Shown here: piece after piece, positions 35,832 through 47,900 of the stretch | Layout of the letters: every line of letters begins with the position of its first letter | How positions within the stretch are numbered: the first letter of the stretch is position 1 | Source: Heterodontus francisci | Taxonomy: Eukaryota | Direction of reading: 5' to 3' | Assembly: GCF_036365525.1 (NCBI RefSeq) | Contig: NC_090404.1 | Location: 6,572,001-6,636,000, forward strand | Length of the DNA: 64,000 nt | Program-made: the position numbers and the translations under genes | The notes under the pieces: generated by a model | Database searches by the model: none | Told to the model about the DNA's origin: nothing | Seen by the model: only the letters and a program-made list of their open reading frames with translations

Positions 35832-36335
35832 GGTTGCATGGCACAGAAATACACGGCGGTGTCGGAGATCAGGGTGTTGCCGATCGTTAGCTCGGTAATC
35901 TTGGCAGCTTTATCAAACGTAGCAGAGAACCGAACAGTGATACCTGTGTTCCTGTGTACATTCCCTCCAATAAGACGAAACATGTAGTGTGGAGGCTGCC
36001 CGAGCTGCTGACTGTACCAGTACACATAAGGATTAGGATCGGTTGTTTTCAAGGTGCAGCTCAGTGTGACGTTATTTCCCTCTTCAACAGTTATTTCAGC
36101 AACCGGCTGCTCCACTGTGTCTTGGTGGCTCCATTCTAACATTTAAAAAGTCATAGCACCAATCAGCATCAACGTCATAGTGACTAACATAACCGGCATC
36201 AACACCGTCACTATAATTTCACCAACAATAACAACTGGATTACAGCAGTCAGGGAGAGAATGGATATTTACTGGGAAGGAAATACTTACTGAGAAGTGAT
36301 ATAATGATGAGAAGCGGTGAGAGACGGTTCCCCAT
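35832..36335 (-). CDS. TCR alpha/delta-type V segment V12, open (leader 36335-36290, V exon 36135-35832); intact paralog of V3
   Basis: MGNRLSPLLIIISLL + GTAAGT; QDTVEQP...LSC...WYSQQ...DTAVYFCAMQP. Confidence 0.9.
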
Positions 36336-37579
36336 GATACTTGCTGAACCTGTAACTCTACAGTGCAGGAAATTCTCTGTCGGAGCAGAAGTACAGATCC
36401 CGGTCCCACTGCACTGCTGATCCAACCAATGACAAGAATACACAATCGGGTCAGAGCCAGAGCAGCAAACAGAAGCTATGGGCGGAGATACCGCAGACTC
36501 GAAATAGAGCGAAGTGTGCGGCGACACTGAGCTACACTCGGAACTGATGGAGCGGAAATAGTGACGGTTGAAGCTTCGGAAGTCTGTGGTCATCCTGCAC
36601 CTGCTCACTGTTCAATTAACTGGTAACAAATAGAGAGGGAGGGGCATGAAGTGTCTGGAATAATAGAAATTTAGAGCAACGTATGAGGCCGTTTGGCCGA
36701 TCCCACTTGTGCCTCTTTGACAGAGCTCTCCCATTCATCTTTCACTCCTTGCATTTTTCACAAAGTCCGGGATTTTTCAGTTTCAAGTTATATGCAATCC
36801 CCTTTTGAAAGTTACCATTGAATCTTCTTCCGCCATCCTTTGAGGTACTGCATTCCAGATTTTAACAAATCGCTGTGACGTAAATCTTATCTTTCCTTGC
36901 ATTTTTATCAATTCTCTTGAATCCGGGCGCTTGTGTTGTCAAATGCTCGGCTCGTGGAAACAGTTACGTACGATCGACTCTATCAAAACCACTTATAATT
37001 TTCAGCATCTCAATTCAGTCTCTCTTTAAACTTCTTTCAGATAAGCAGGACAAACTCTGTGTCTTTAGTCTGTTCACAGAACAGTCGCTCATCCCAGGAA
37101 TCACTTTCTCCAGTGCCTTGACATATTTTTCTAATTGGTGGTGCCCAGAATTGGACACAGAACTCTAGCCGATCTCTGAACATTGATTTACAAAGGTTTA
37201 ACATCACTTTCTGGCATAAACTTCAACAAAACTAAAGACTGGGTCTAATGAGCTGTAATTTTGATTTCTAGGAGACAATGTCTGACGTTCGTGATTTAGA
37301 CCTAAATCAATAAACTCGAAATCCACCCAATGGCCCCATTCTAAACCGGATTGAACAGAATCCACCAGCAGATGGCGCAAAGCTCAAAATAGGCTTTACG
37401 AAGTCATGTGATGCCAGCGCCAAAGCCAATAGGGAACGTAGCCTAAGAAGATCGCAATGGGGCCGCCCCCTGCAGTGTGTGGGTGGAACAATGAGCTGAA
37501 CCTGCCCCGGGTTACCTCTCTCCCCTTCTCAATTTCTGGCTCATTCCATTCCAACTCATTGCGAGAGATCCAGTCAAAC

Positions 37580-38178
37580 ATGTTTGCAATAATACTGGCT
37601 GTTGTGTTGGATAGTAAGTACTGGATTAGTTTAATCAAGGCAGGTTAGCAGATTGATGTAAAGTGTTTGTACTTGGATGGAATGTAATCAGCTGGGTAGA
37701 TGGGACATCACACACACACACACAGATAGACAGAAGATTAAATCAACCCTGTTTAACCCTGGTTTTAGTTTAGGCAGGCATCAAGATCGGCGCAGGCTTG
37801 GAGGGCCGAATGGACTGTTCCTGTGCTGTACTGTTCTTTGTTCTTTGTTCTTAACGTCCTGTTCTTTGTTCCTCTATCTTTTCAGGTGGACTATGTGCAG
37901 ATCCAGTAACTCAGTCACCGGTGAGAATAACCGTATCAGAAGGGAGTTTGATGCGGTTAGATTGCGAATATATAAACCCAGATATTGATTACATGCAATG
38001 GTATCAGCAGAAACCGGCACAGCCTCCAAGCTGGATTATTAGCAAAGTAGTAGCGTTCAAGAAAAACGAAATCTCAGGACGATATCTTGCGGCTGCAGAC
38101 AAGTCTAAAATGTACGGTTACCTCAATATAAGCGGTCTGAGTGTGGAGGACGCGGCAGTCTATTATTGTGCAGTGAGG
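37580..38178 (+). CDS. TCR alpha/delta-type V segment V13, apparently functional (leader 37580-37613, V exon 37886-38178); paralog of V2
   Basis: MFAIILAVVLD + GTAAGT; DPVTQSP...LDC...WYQQ...EDAAVYYCAVR. Confidence 0.92.
37758..37850 (+). mobile_element. About 90-bp CR1 3'-terminus inserted in the V13 intron
   Basis: Matches 23990-24083; TTAAC duplicated at 37753-37757 and 37851-37855; absent from the V2 intron. Confidence 0.88.
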
Positions 38179-38217
38179 CACAGCGTCAACTGAAAGACAA
38201 GACCCCGTACACAAACC
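38179..38217 (+). promoter_or_regulatory. 23-RSS of V13
   Basis: CACAGCG, 23 bp, ACACAAACC. Confidence 0.92.
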
Positions 38218-38329
38218 TCAGCGAGTTTACAGCTCCTTTAAGTGTTAGTTGGTGCCGTTATCGGCAAGGTTAGTTTGATGCCAGATCCACGGGGAACAAA
38301 TACTGTCAGGTTTCAAATCAAAAGTTGTA

Positions 38330-38585
38330 TTAATAAAAGCAAAATACTGCAGATGCTGGAAATCTGAAACAAAGACAAAAAGTGCTGGAAATACTCAGCA
38401 AGTCAGGCAGCATTTGTAAAGAGAGAAGCAAGTTTAACGTTTCAAGTCTGTGACCTTTCATCAGAACTGGCAAAGGTTAGAAAATAATTAGTGTTTAAGC
38501 AAGTGAGGGAGGGGGGTGTGGGGGAGAGAACAAAGGGGAAGGTTGTCTTCTTGTCTTTACCCTCATCCAAATCAACAGAGAACCG
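38330..38585 (-). mobile_element. Penelope-like terminal fragment between V13 and V14
   Basis: Homologous to 7850-8000 and 54545-54640; absent from the paralogous V1-V2 interval. Confidence 0.75.
38431..38468 (-). ncRNA. Minimal type I hammerhead ribozyme motif
   Basis: - strand AGTT CTGATGA A AGGTC ACA GACTT GAAAC GTTA AACT: intact CUGAUGA/GAAA core, stem II, palindromic stem III, stem I AGTT/AACT. Confidence 0.72.
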
Positions 38586-38735
38586 GTCTCGGAAATTTTG
38601 AGACTCATCTCCATGCCCCTGAGTTACACCGCCTCAGTAACTATCTTGGAGCTCGACGGAAAATAAGGAGTGTTATATAACTGACAGCGCTCTGTTAACT
38701 GCACAGGCGACGCAGGGCCAGGACCAGCCCCGGCA

Positions 38736-38774
38736 GGTTTTTGTATGGCCCCCGCTGACCTTTGCTACACTGTG
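38736..38774 (-). promoter_or_regulatory. 23-RSS of V14
   Basis: CACAGTG, 23 bp, ACAAAAACC. Confidence 0.97.
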
Positions 38775-39263
38775 TCTCCATCGCACAGAAATAGGTGGCA
38801 GTATCTGTCACTCGAGTGTCGCTCACATTCAGAGTGCTGCGCTTCTCTGCTGCAATGAACCGAGCCGTGATCCTGTTCTGATCACTGGTACCGCTCGCCA
38901 GGTGCTGCACGGTTCGGTCCCGGTATTGTCTGTACCAATGTAGGATCTGTCCTGCCACTGTGGTGGAACAGGTCAACGATGCAGAGTCTCCCTCGATAAC
39001 AGCCACTGACTCAGGAGACTGTGATACCTCTTCACTGCCAGCGGCATCTGAGAAGAATATGGAAATATAATATATAATTCATATAATAGAACACAATACA
39101 ATATAACATAGCGCAATAAAATGCAGCAGAGCAGAATACAGCAATATATACTTGTGTGTATGTGTGTAAAATATTCCTGACAAACAGAGATAGTACCACA
39201 CTCACACGGCGGGCAGAGTAAGAAATCCAGGGAGATAATAACTAAAGTGAACCTCAGCTTCAT
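38775..39263 (-). CDS. TCR alpha/delta-type V segment V14, apparently functional (leader 39263-39206, V exon 39047-38775); paralog of V1
   Basis: MKLRFTLVIISLDFLLCPP + GTGAGT; SEEVSQSP...LTC...WYRQ...DTATYFCAME. Confidence 0.93.
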
Positions 39264-39575
39264 GTCGGATCCAATCCACTTGTGTAAAGTAACTGTCGGC
39301 AGATCCAGGCGTAGAGAGGCTCCCGGAGAAGACAGCGCTGTTTTGTATCAAAGTAAACCCGACACCAGGACACTGTGTCCGCGGGTCTCTGGCACTTGTG
39401 ATCACAAAGTGAAGTGTGACGGAGGTTCAGGCTCACCATTGATGTAGGGTGGGAGGAAAACTCATGCGTCAGAGCATCAGCGCGCCACCCTGAATCAAAC
39501 CCAGAAATGGAAACAGAGAGAACACAAATAGTGAACAATGTCTGTGAGATCCGCTCAAAGAGAATTCATTAACTC

Positions 39576-39593
39576 GGCCACCAGGTGGCGCTG
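39576..39593 (+). promoter_or_regulatory. CTCF consensus motif about 310 bp upstream of V14
   Basis: GGCCACCAGGTGGCGCTG, near-perfect CTCF core. Confidence 0.7.
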
Positions 39594-40801
39594 ACAGGCC
39601 GCTGTGTCTGACCACCGGTCATGTTACCTCAACGAATACAGACGAATATTCGCTTTCATAGAAATTAACAAGAGATTGATTTTCAACTCTTAGATTTATA
39701 TTCATTAATATATCATCACTAACACCATAATAATTTCACACATGATTTGACTGTATATGAGCTGGCCACGCAATGCTGACAGTTGCGAAATTTAAACATT
39801 TGTCATCAGGACCCCCATAACCTTACTCAGCTGAATGGTGAAGGTATTCGTAGCTAAATAATAACACTGCAAACCTTTTAGCGACGGAATGTCGAGCCTG
39901 GGAGCAGCGCGGTTCGTATTCATTTTCAATGTATACATTATTATCGAGGTTTTTTCCTTACGCATGCATTGTCTGTACAGATCAATTATATCTGTTTCGC
40001 GCAGTACCTGTGAACACACTTACGAAGAGACCCCTGACTCTGGCGAGTATCCCACTCTCCACTGCATTCCCTGTAAATGTGAGGCCTCCAGACTCTGAGC
40101 TCTCTTTCAAGTTCACCCGTAGCTATCCCAACGCTACTCAGGAGGTTACATGTTCCACATTGTCCCTTCTTCCGTATAATACGTTACACAATTCTACATT
40201 AAATTTCATCAGCTGGAATGGTTTGTATTTCTTACCCTCGGGAAGGTGAACCCGTTCAACGGGATGTCTAATGTTCATTTCTCCCTTGTATTCGGTAGCC
40301 CCGGGTGCTTTATAAGGTAAACTTACTGACAGATTGCTCACTCCAGACAGCCCCATCAGAAAAGGAGGCCTTTGTCCACTTTGTCTGGGTCAGCTTTCAA
40401 CACAGAGTTCAAGAGGGTGAGAGGTTGGTTTCGGAGGAAGTGACTCCCTGCCATAGTGAACAGACACCAATGGCTTTTGAAGTTCACAAAGTCCACCAGA
40501 CGGAATATCTGGAGAAACACGACAGCCGTCTGACTATTGGATACTGAAGAACAAACCTCGACGAGGCGGCTGCCTTTGGTAGGTGCTGACAAATTAAAAT
40601 ATCGATTACAGAATTGATAAACGATACAGGCGGATTCTGAGACAATTGATACGACTGTGATTTCAAAAGAAATATCCTGAAATACGGTGGACCCAATTGG
40701 GAGATTCACTGTTTATTTCTCACGTGACTATTCTGAATTAAGAAGACTGTGTAGGAAAATAAAGCGATTGAAAGTTTTGGATCTTTGTCTTGTATCAACA
40801 G

Positions 40802-41011
40802 GGTATGTGGTGATAACGGGATGTCCCAAACCGTGCAGGTAACGGCTGTGGAGGGGAAAGCGATTCAAATCCGGTGAGATGCCGCCACCAGACGTAATGT
40901 TTGGATTACGTGGTACGGCAGTTACTGGACCGGACACCGGAATTCATAATCTCCGTCTATCAGGGTATAGCAACTGATCAAAGTGGATGGTTCAGACTGA
41001 ATGGTACTATT
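40802..41011 (+). pseudogene. V15: 5'-half V relic truncated by CR1
   Basis: After acceptor TATCAACAG: VCGDNGMSQTVQVTAVEGKAIQIR*...WITWY, then a frameshift to RQLLDRTPEFII...GWFRL; first Cys appears replaced by TGA; no 3' half or RSS found. Confidence 0.65.
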
Positions 41012-43225
41012 TTACATAGAAGCATAGAAAATAGGAGCAGGAGTAGGCCATTCGGTCCTTCGAACCTGCTCCGCCATTCATTATGATCACGGCTGATCAT
41101 CCAACTCAGTAACCTGTTCCCACTTACCCTCATAACCTTTGATCCCTTTCGCCCCAAGAGCTACATCTAACTCCTTCTTGAAAACATACAATGTTTTGGC
41201 CTCAACTGCTTTCTGTGGTAGCGAATTCCACGGGCTTACCACACTCTGGGTGAAGAAATTTCTCTTCATCTCAGTCCTGAAAGGTTTACCCAGTATACTC
41301 AGAATATGACCCCTGGTTCTGGACTCCCCCACCATCGGGAACATCCTTCGTGCATCTACCCTGTCAAGTCAAAGAACAAACAAAGAACAAAGAACAGTAC
41401 AGCACAGGAACAGACCATTCGGCCCTCTAAGCCTGCGCCGATCTTGATGCCTGCCGAAACTAACACCGTCTGCACTTCCGGGGCCCATATCCCTCTATTC
41501 CCTTCCTATTCATGTATTTGTCAAGATGTCTCTTAAACATCGCTATCGTATCTGCTTCCACCACCTCCCCTGGCAGCATGTTCCAGGCACTCACCACCCT
41601 CTATGTAAAAAACTTGCCTCGCACATCCCCTCTAAACTTTGCCCCTTGCACCTTAAACCTATGTCCCCTGGTAACTGACTCTTCCACTCTGGGAAAAAGC
41701 TTCTGACTATCCACTCTGTCAATGCCGCTCATAACTTAGTAAACCTCTGTCATGTCGCCCCTCCACCTCCGTCTTTCCAGTGAAAACAATCCGAGTTTTT
41801 CCAACCTCTCCTCATAGCTAATGCCCTCCAGACCAGGCAACATCCTGGCAAGCCTCCTCTGTACCCTCTCCAAAGCCTCCACGTCCTTCTGATAGTGTGG
41901 CAACCAGAATTGCACGCAATATTCTAAGTGTGGCCTAACGGAGGTTCTGTACAGCTGCAACATGACTTGCCAATTTTTATACACTGTGCCCCGACCGATG
42001 AAGGCAAACATGCCGTATGCCTTCTTGACTACCTTATCCACCTGCATTGCCACTTTCAGTGACCTGTTGACCTGTACGCCCAGATCCCTCTGCCTGTCAA
42101 TACTCCTAAGGGTTCTGCCATTTACTGTGTACCTCCCATCTGCATTAGACCTTCCCAAATGCATTACCTCACATTTGTGCGTATTAAACTCCATCTGCCA
42201 TTTCTCCGTCCAACTCTCCAACCGATCTATATCCTGCTGTGTCCTCTGACAATCCTCAACACTATCCGCAATTCCACCAACCATTGTGTCGTCCACAAAC
42301 TTACTAATCAGACCAGCTACATTTTCCTCCAAATCATTTATATATACTGCAAACAGCAAAGGTCCCAGCACTGATCCCTGCGGAACACCACTAGTCACAT
42401 CCCTCCATTCAGAAAAACACCCATCCACTGTTACCCTCTGTCTTCTATGACAGAGCCAGTTCTGTATCCATCTTGCCAGCTCACCTCTGATCCCTTGTGA
42501 CTTCACCTTTTGTACCAGTCTGCCATGCAGGACCTTGTCAAAGGCTTTATTAAAGTCCATATAGATAACATCCACTGCCCTTCCTTCATCAATCATCTTC
42601 GTCACTTCCTCACAAAACTCAATCAAATTAGTAAGACACGACCTCCCCTTCACAAAACCATGCTGTCTCTCGCTAATAAGTTCGTTTCCAAAAGTCCTGT
42701 GAGAATTTTATAGGTTTCTATGATATCCCCCCTCACTCTTCTGAACTCCAGCGAATATAATGCCAAACGACTCAATCTCTCCTCACGCGCGTCAGTCCCG
42801 CCATCCCAGGGTTCAGTCTGGTAAACCTTTGCTGCACTCCCTCTATAGCAAGAACACCCTTCCTCAAATAAGGAACCCAAAGCTGCACACAATATTCCAG
42901 GTATGGCCTCACCAAGGCCCTGCATAATTGCAGCAAGACAATCCTCTCGCTCTGAAGGTCAACATAACATTTGCCCTTTTTACCGCCTGTTGCACCTGCA
43001 TGCTGGTGTACGAGAACACCCAGGTCTCGTTGCATATTCCCCTGTCTCAGTTTATAGCCGTCAAGATAATAATCGGCCGTCCTGTTTTTGCGACCAAAGT
43101 GGATAACCTCACATTTATCCACATTATACTGCATCTGCCATGAATTAGCCCACTCACTCAACTTGTCCAAATCACCCTGAAGCCTCTCTGCATCCTCCTC
43201 ACAACTCACCCTCCCACCCAGTTTT
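41012..43225 (-). mobile_element. CR1 3' fragment (41012-41370 plus 42692-43225) with a nested young CR1 (41371-42691)
   Basis: RT/C-terminal ORFs 41087-41344, 42772-43209 and 41736-42653; AAGTC duplicated at 41366-41370 and 42692-42696. Confidence 0.9.
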
Positions 43226-43229
43226 GAAG

Positions 43230-43705
43230 GGCAGAAAAGTAGAGGGACCTGAGGTGCATATTTCCAATGTTTTGAAGGCGGATAAGAAAACGAACGGAAT
43301 ACTTGGTCTTGTAAAATGGATTATTGAATACAAAAAAAAAGGAAGTCATGTTAAAGCTTTACAAATCACTGATTAGACTGGAGTATTTTTTGCACAATTC
43401 TGACCACCACACTATCGGAAGGAGGTCAAGGCTTTGGAGACAGTGCAGAGGGAGTTGACCAGGATGCTGTCAGAAATTAGGGAGTTCCGTTATGAAGAGA
43501 GATTACACAAGCCGAATTGTTCTCCTTCAGCGGTTACCGAATAGGTATGTTGAAAATTATGGGATGTTTTGATATAGCAGATACGGAGAAACTGTTTCCT
43601 CTGGCACGTGGTTCAGGAACAAAATAAATAATTGGCAAAAAATGGAGTGTGGGCGGGGTGGTGGCTGTAGAAGGCGGTTTCTTTACTGACAGAGGGTGAT
43701 TTTCA
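43230..43705 (+). mobile_element. Old degenerate CR1 3' fragment
   Basis: Degenerate RDL...LYKSLIR..LEY...QF...LETVQR...YEERL similarity. Confidence 0.7.
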
Positions 43706-44914
43706 TAGAAGCATAGAACTGTTAGAGCGCAAAAGGAGGCCATTCAGCCCGTCGTGCCCGTGCATGCTCTCTGCAAGCGCATCTGGAATGCAGAAGGCAA
43801 CAGGACATGACCTCAAAGAGGCCTAATCTTTATGGTTGAGAGGATAAAACTGGCTTGTAGGCTGAAACTGGAGAGCTCTTTCAGAGCGAACACAGGCATG
43901 ACGAGCAGAATGGTCAAATTCCGTGCGAGAAGATGTGATGATTCTACCCGACTCAGTAGAATTCGTTCTTCCCAATTTAATGGGAGGAAGTGCTTCATAT
44001 ATTTTTATTGCTAGTTATAATGAAGGAGAATTTTTAAAATAAGAGGATCTGAAGTCAATCAGATACTGTCAGAGACTTAAAGCTTATTGTGATTGACATT
44101 GACAGGCTAACTGTATTATTTAAAAGTTTCACAGAAGCTTACTTCAGTGACTTTGTGCCCTCTGCTGTGACCCAGTCCAGTAACTGCATCTCCCCAGAGT
44201 TTATCACTGCATGTGACCTTTTGAAAATACTTGAACGAAATAATAATTTCGAACATGAGATTATCATGATGGTTATTTGGAGCGGGAGTCTCGACTTTCT
44301 CCATTCAAATCGCCGAAAGAACTTCCAGCCTCCCATCAGATCAGAACAGGCGCTGCTCTCTGGAGCGTTACAGTCACTTCTGAAACTCTTTGTTCTGAAA
44401 ATGCGCACAAAATCAGGCCAATCTCATTCAATAATTATCCGATACTTAACATTTTTAAATATTATTAATTCATTAAAATTTGGTCATGAGAGAATATTTA
44501 AATCAATTAATGTGCGTTGGTTAATCTGAGCAATGGAGCAATTTATTTTCATATATCTGGGTCGAGAACTCACAGCTTATGAGTTAGATGCAGATGAAGG
44601 ATCCTTGAACACTGTGGGGAAAACACTCTCAGGTCAGGGACAGGAAAGTTAAGCTATAAGGTAAAGACCCTCTTGTCCGGAGCTGTGAGGTCAGAAATCG
44701 CAAGTATTATACACCGTGGAAAGCCATCTCCATACTGCATTGTCACTCTGGGTCAGATACAGCACTAGTTTAATATAAAATAAAGTTCTCTCTACACTGT
44801 CACATCAAATACATCCTGGACAATTTCAACCCGGTTGAGATACAGAGTAATTTCTTCCTCTGCACTGTCCTCATCAAACGGTCCGAGGACAGTTACAATA
44901 TAGGTTGAATGTAA

Positions 44915-47900
44915 AGTCATAGAGTTATACGGCACAGAAACAGGCCTTTCGGCCCATCGTGTCTGTGCCGGCCATCAAGCACCTAACTATTCTAATCCCA
45001 TTTTCCAGCATCTGGCCCATAGCCTTGTATGCTATGGCGTTTCAAGTGCTCATCTAAATGCTCCTTAAATGTTGTGAGTCTTCCTGCCTCCACCACCTCT
45101 TCAGGCAGTGCGTTCCAGATTCCAACCACCCTCTGGGTGAAAAGAATTTTCATCAAATCCCCTTAAAACCTCCTGAACCTTACCTTAAATCTATGTCCCC
45201 TTGTTATTGACACCTCCACTAAAGGAAACAGTTTCTTCCTATCTAACCTATCAATGCCCCTCATAATTTTGTATACCTCAATCATATCTCCCCTCAGCCT
45301 TCTCTGCTCTAAGGAAAACAACGCAAGCCTTTTCAGTCTCTCCTCATAGCTGAAATGCTCCAGCCCAGGCAACATCCTGGTGAATCTCTTCTGCACCCTC
45401 TCAAGTGCAATCACATCCTTCCTATAGTGTGGTGAGCAGAACTGTACACAGTACTCCAGCTGTGGCCTAACTAGTGTTTTATACAGCTCCATCATAACCT
45501 TCCTGCTCTTATATTCTATGCCTCGGCTAATAAAGGCAAGTATCCAATATGCTTTCATAACCATCTTATCTACCTGTGCTACTGCCTTCAGTGATCTATG
45601 GACAAGTATACCAAGGTCCCTCTGACCCTCTGTACTTCCTAGGGTCCTATCATCCATTGTATATTCCCTTGACTTGTTAGTCCTCCCAAAATGCATCACC
45701 TCACACTTCTCACGGTTAAATTCCATTTGTCACTGCTTTGCCCATCTTACCAGCCCATCTATATCGTCCTGTAATCTAAGGCTTTCCTCCTCACTATTGA
45801 CGACATCACCCATTTTCGTGTCATCTTCGAACTTACTGATCATACCTCCTATATTCACGTCTCAATCATTAATGTACAGTACAAACAACAAGGGTCCCGG
45901 CACCGATCCCTGTGGTACACTACTGGTCACAGGCTTCCACTCGCAAAAACAACCCTCGACCATTGCCCTCTGCCTCCTGCCACTAAGCCAATTTTGGATC
46001 CAATTTGCCAAATTGCCTTGGATCCCATGGACTCTTACCTTCTTAACCAATCTCCCATGTGGGGCCTTATCAAAAGATTTACTGAAGTCCATATAGACTA
46101 CATCAACTGCTTTACCCTCATCTACACATTTCATCACCGCCTCAAAAAAATCAGTCAAGTTAGTCAGACACGATCTCCTCCTGACTATAATAAAAACAAG
46201 AAATGCTGGAATCACTCAGCAGGTCTGGCAGCATCTGTGGAAAGAGAAGCAGAGTTAACGTTTCGGGTCAGTGACCCTTCATCAGGACCCTCCTCCTGAC
46301 TATCCCTGATTAATCCCCGCCTCTCCAAGTGGAGATTAATCCTGCGCCTCAGAATGTTTTCCAATAGTTTCCCAACCACTTACGTTAGACTCACCGGCCT
46401 GTAATTACCTACTTTACCCCTGCTACCCTTCTTAAATGATGGTACCACATTCACTGCCCCCCAGTCCTCTGGTACCTCTCCTGTGGCCAGAGAGGATGTG
46501 AAAATTTATGTCAAAGCCCCTGCAATCTCCTCCTTTGCCTCACGTAACAGCCTGGGATACATCTCATGTGGGCCTGGGGATTTATCCACTTTTAAGCGCG
46601 CTAAAACAGCTAATACTTGCTCCTTCTCAATGCTAATATGTTCAAGTATATCATAATCCTCCCTCCATGATCTCTGCACCTACATTGTCCTTCTCCATAG
46701 TGAACACAGATGAAAAGTAATCATTTAAAAGCTCACCCATGTCCTCCGACTCCACACACAGATTGCCACTTTGGTCCCTAACGGGCCTTACTCTTTCCCT
46801 GGTTATCCTCTTGCCCTTAATATACTTATAAAACGCCTTAGGATTTTCCTTTATCTTGCCCTCCAGTGTTTTTTCATGTCCCCTCTTCGCTCTCTTAATT
46901 ACTTTCTTAAGTACCCCCTACACTTTCTATACTCCTCTTGTGCGTCCACTGTTTTCAGCGCTCAGAATCTGCCATAAACCTCCTTTTTTTTACTGATCTA
47001 ATCCTCTATATCCATTGACATCCAGGGTTCGCTGGACTTGTTGGTCCTACCCTTCACCTTAATGGGTACGTGTTGGTTCTGAATTCTCACTATTTTCTCT
47101 TTGAATGACTCCCAGTGGTCTGATGTCGACTTTCCTACAAGTAGCCGCTCCCAGTCCACTTTGGCCAGATTCTGTTTTATCATCTTGAAATCGGCCTTCC
47201 CCCAATTCAGTACCTTTATTTTCCGTCCATCTTTGTCCTTTTCCATAACTACCTTAAATTTTACAGAGTCATGGTTCCCATCCCCGATATGTTCCCCCAT
47301 TGATACTTCTACTACTTGTCCGGCTTCATTACCTAGGATTAGGCCCAGTACTCCCCTTCTCTTGCAGGACTATCTTCGTACTGGCTCAAAAACCTCTCCT
47401 GTATGCATTTTTAGAATTCTGCTCCCTTTAGGCCTTTTGCACTAAGACTATCCCAGTTGATATTGGGGAGGTTGAAATCCCCTACTAATATTACCCTATT
47501 ATTTTTACACCTCTCAGAGATTTGCCTACATATCTGCTCCTCTATTTCTCCCTGACTCTTTGGGGGCCTGGAGGACACTCCCAGCCAAGTGACTGTGCCC
47601 TTTTTGTTTTTAAGTTCTACCCTAATGGCCTCATTTGAGGAACGTTCTAAGATATCATCCCTCCTTACTGCAGTAATTGACTCCTTGATCAACAGTGCAA
47701 TGCCACATCCTCTTTTACCCCCTCCTCTGTCATGCCTGAAGATTCTATACCCTGGAATATTGAGCTGCCAGTCCTGCCCCTCCCTCAACAATGCCTCTGT
47801 GATAGCAATAATATCATAATGCCATGTGCTAATCAATGCCCTCAATTCATCTGCCTTACTGGTAAGACTCCTTGCATTAAAATTGATGCAATCCAGCCTT

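Noticed and set aside
44089-44230. ...SAVTQSSNC... after a possible splice acceptor, resembling a V FR1
   Set aside because: No WYxQ, no YYC and no RSS follow.
44610-44666. Possible J segment: CACTGTG followed by ...SGQG... and AG|GTAAAG
   Set aside because: No nonamer at 12 bp (TGCAGATGA), no FGxG Phe, in-frame stop and short length. Not supportable, though a very decayed pseudo-J cannot be excluded.
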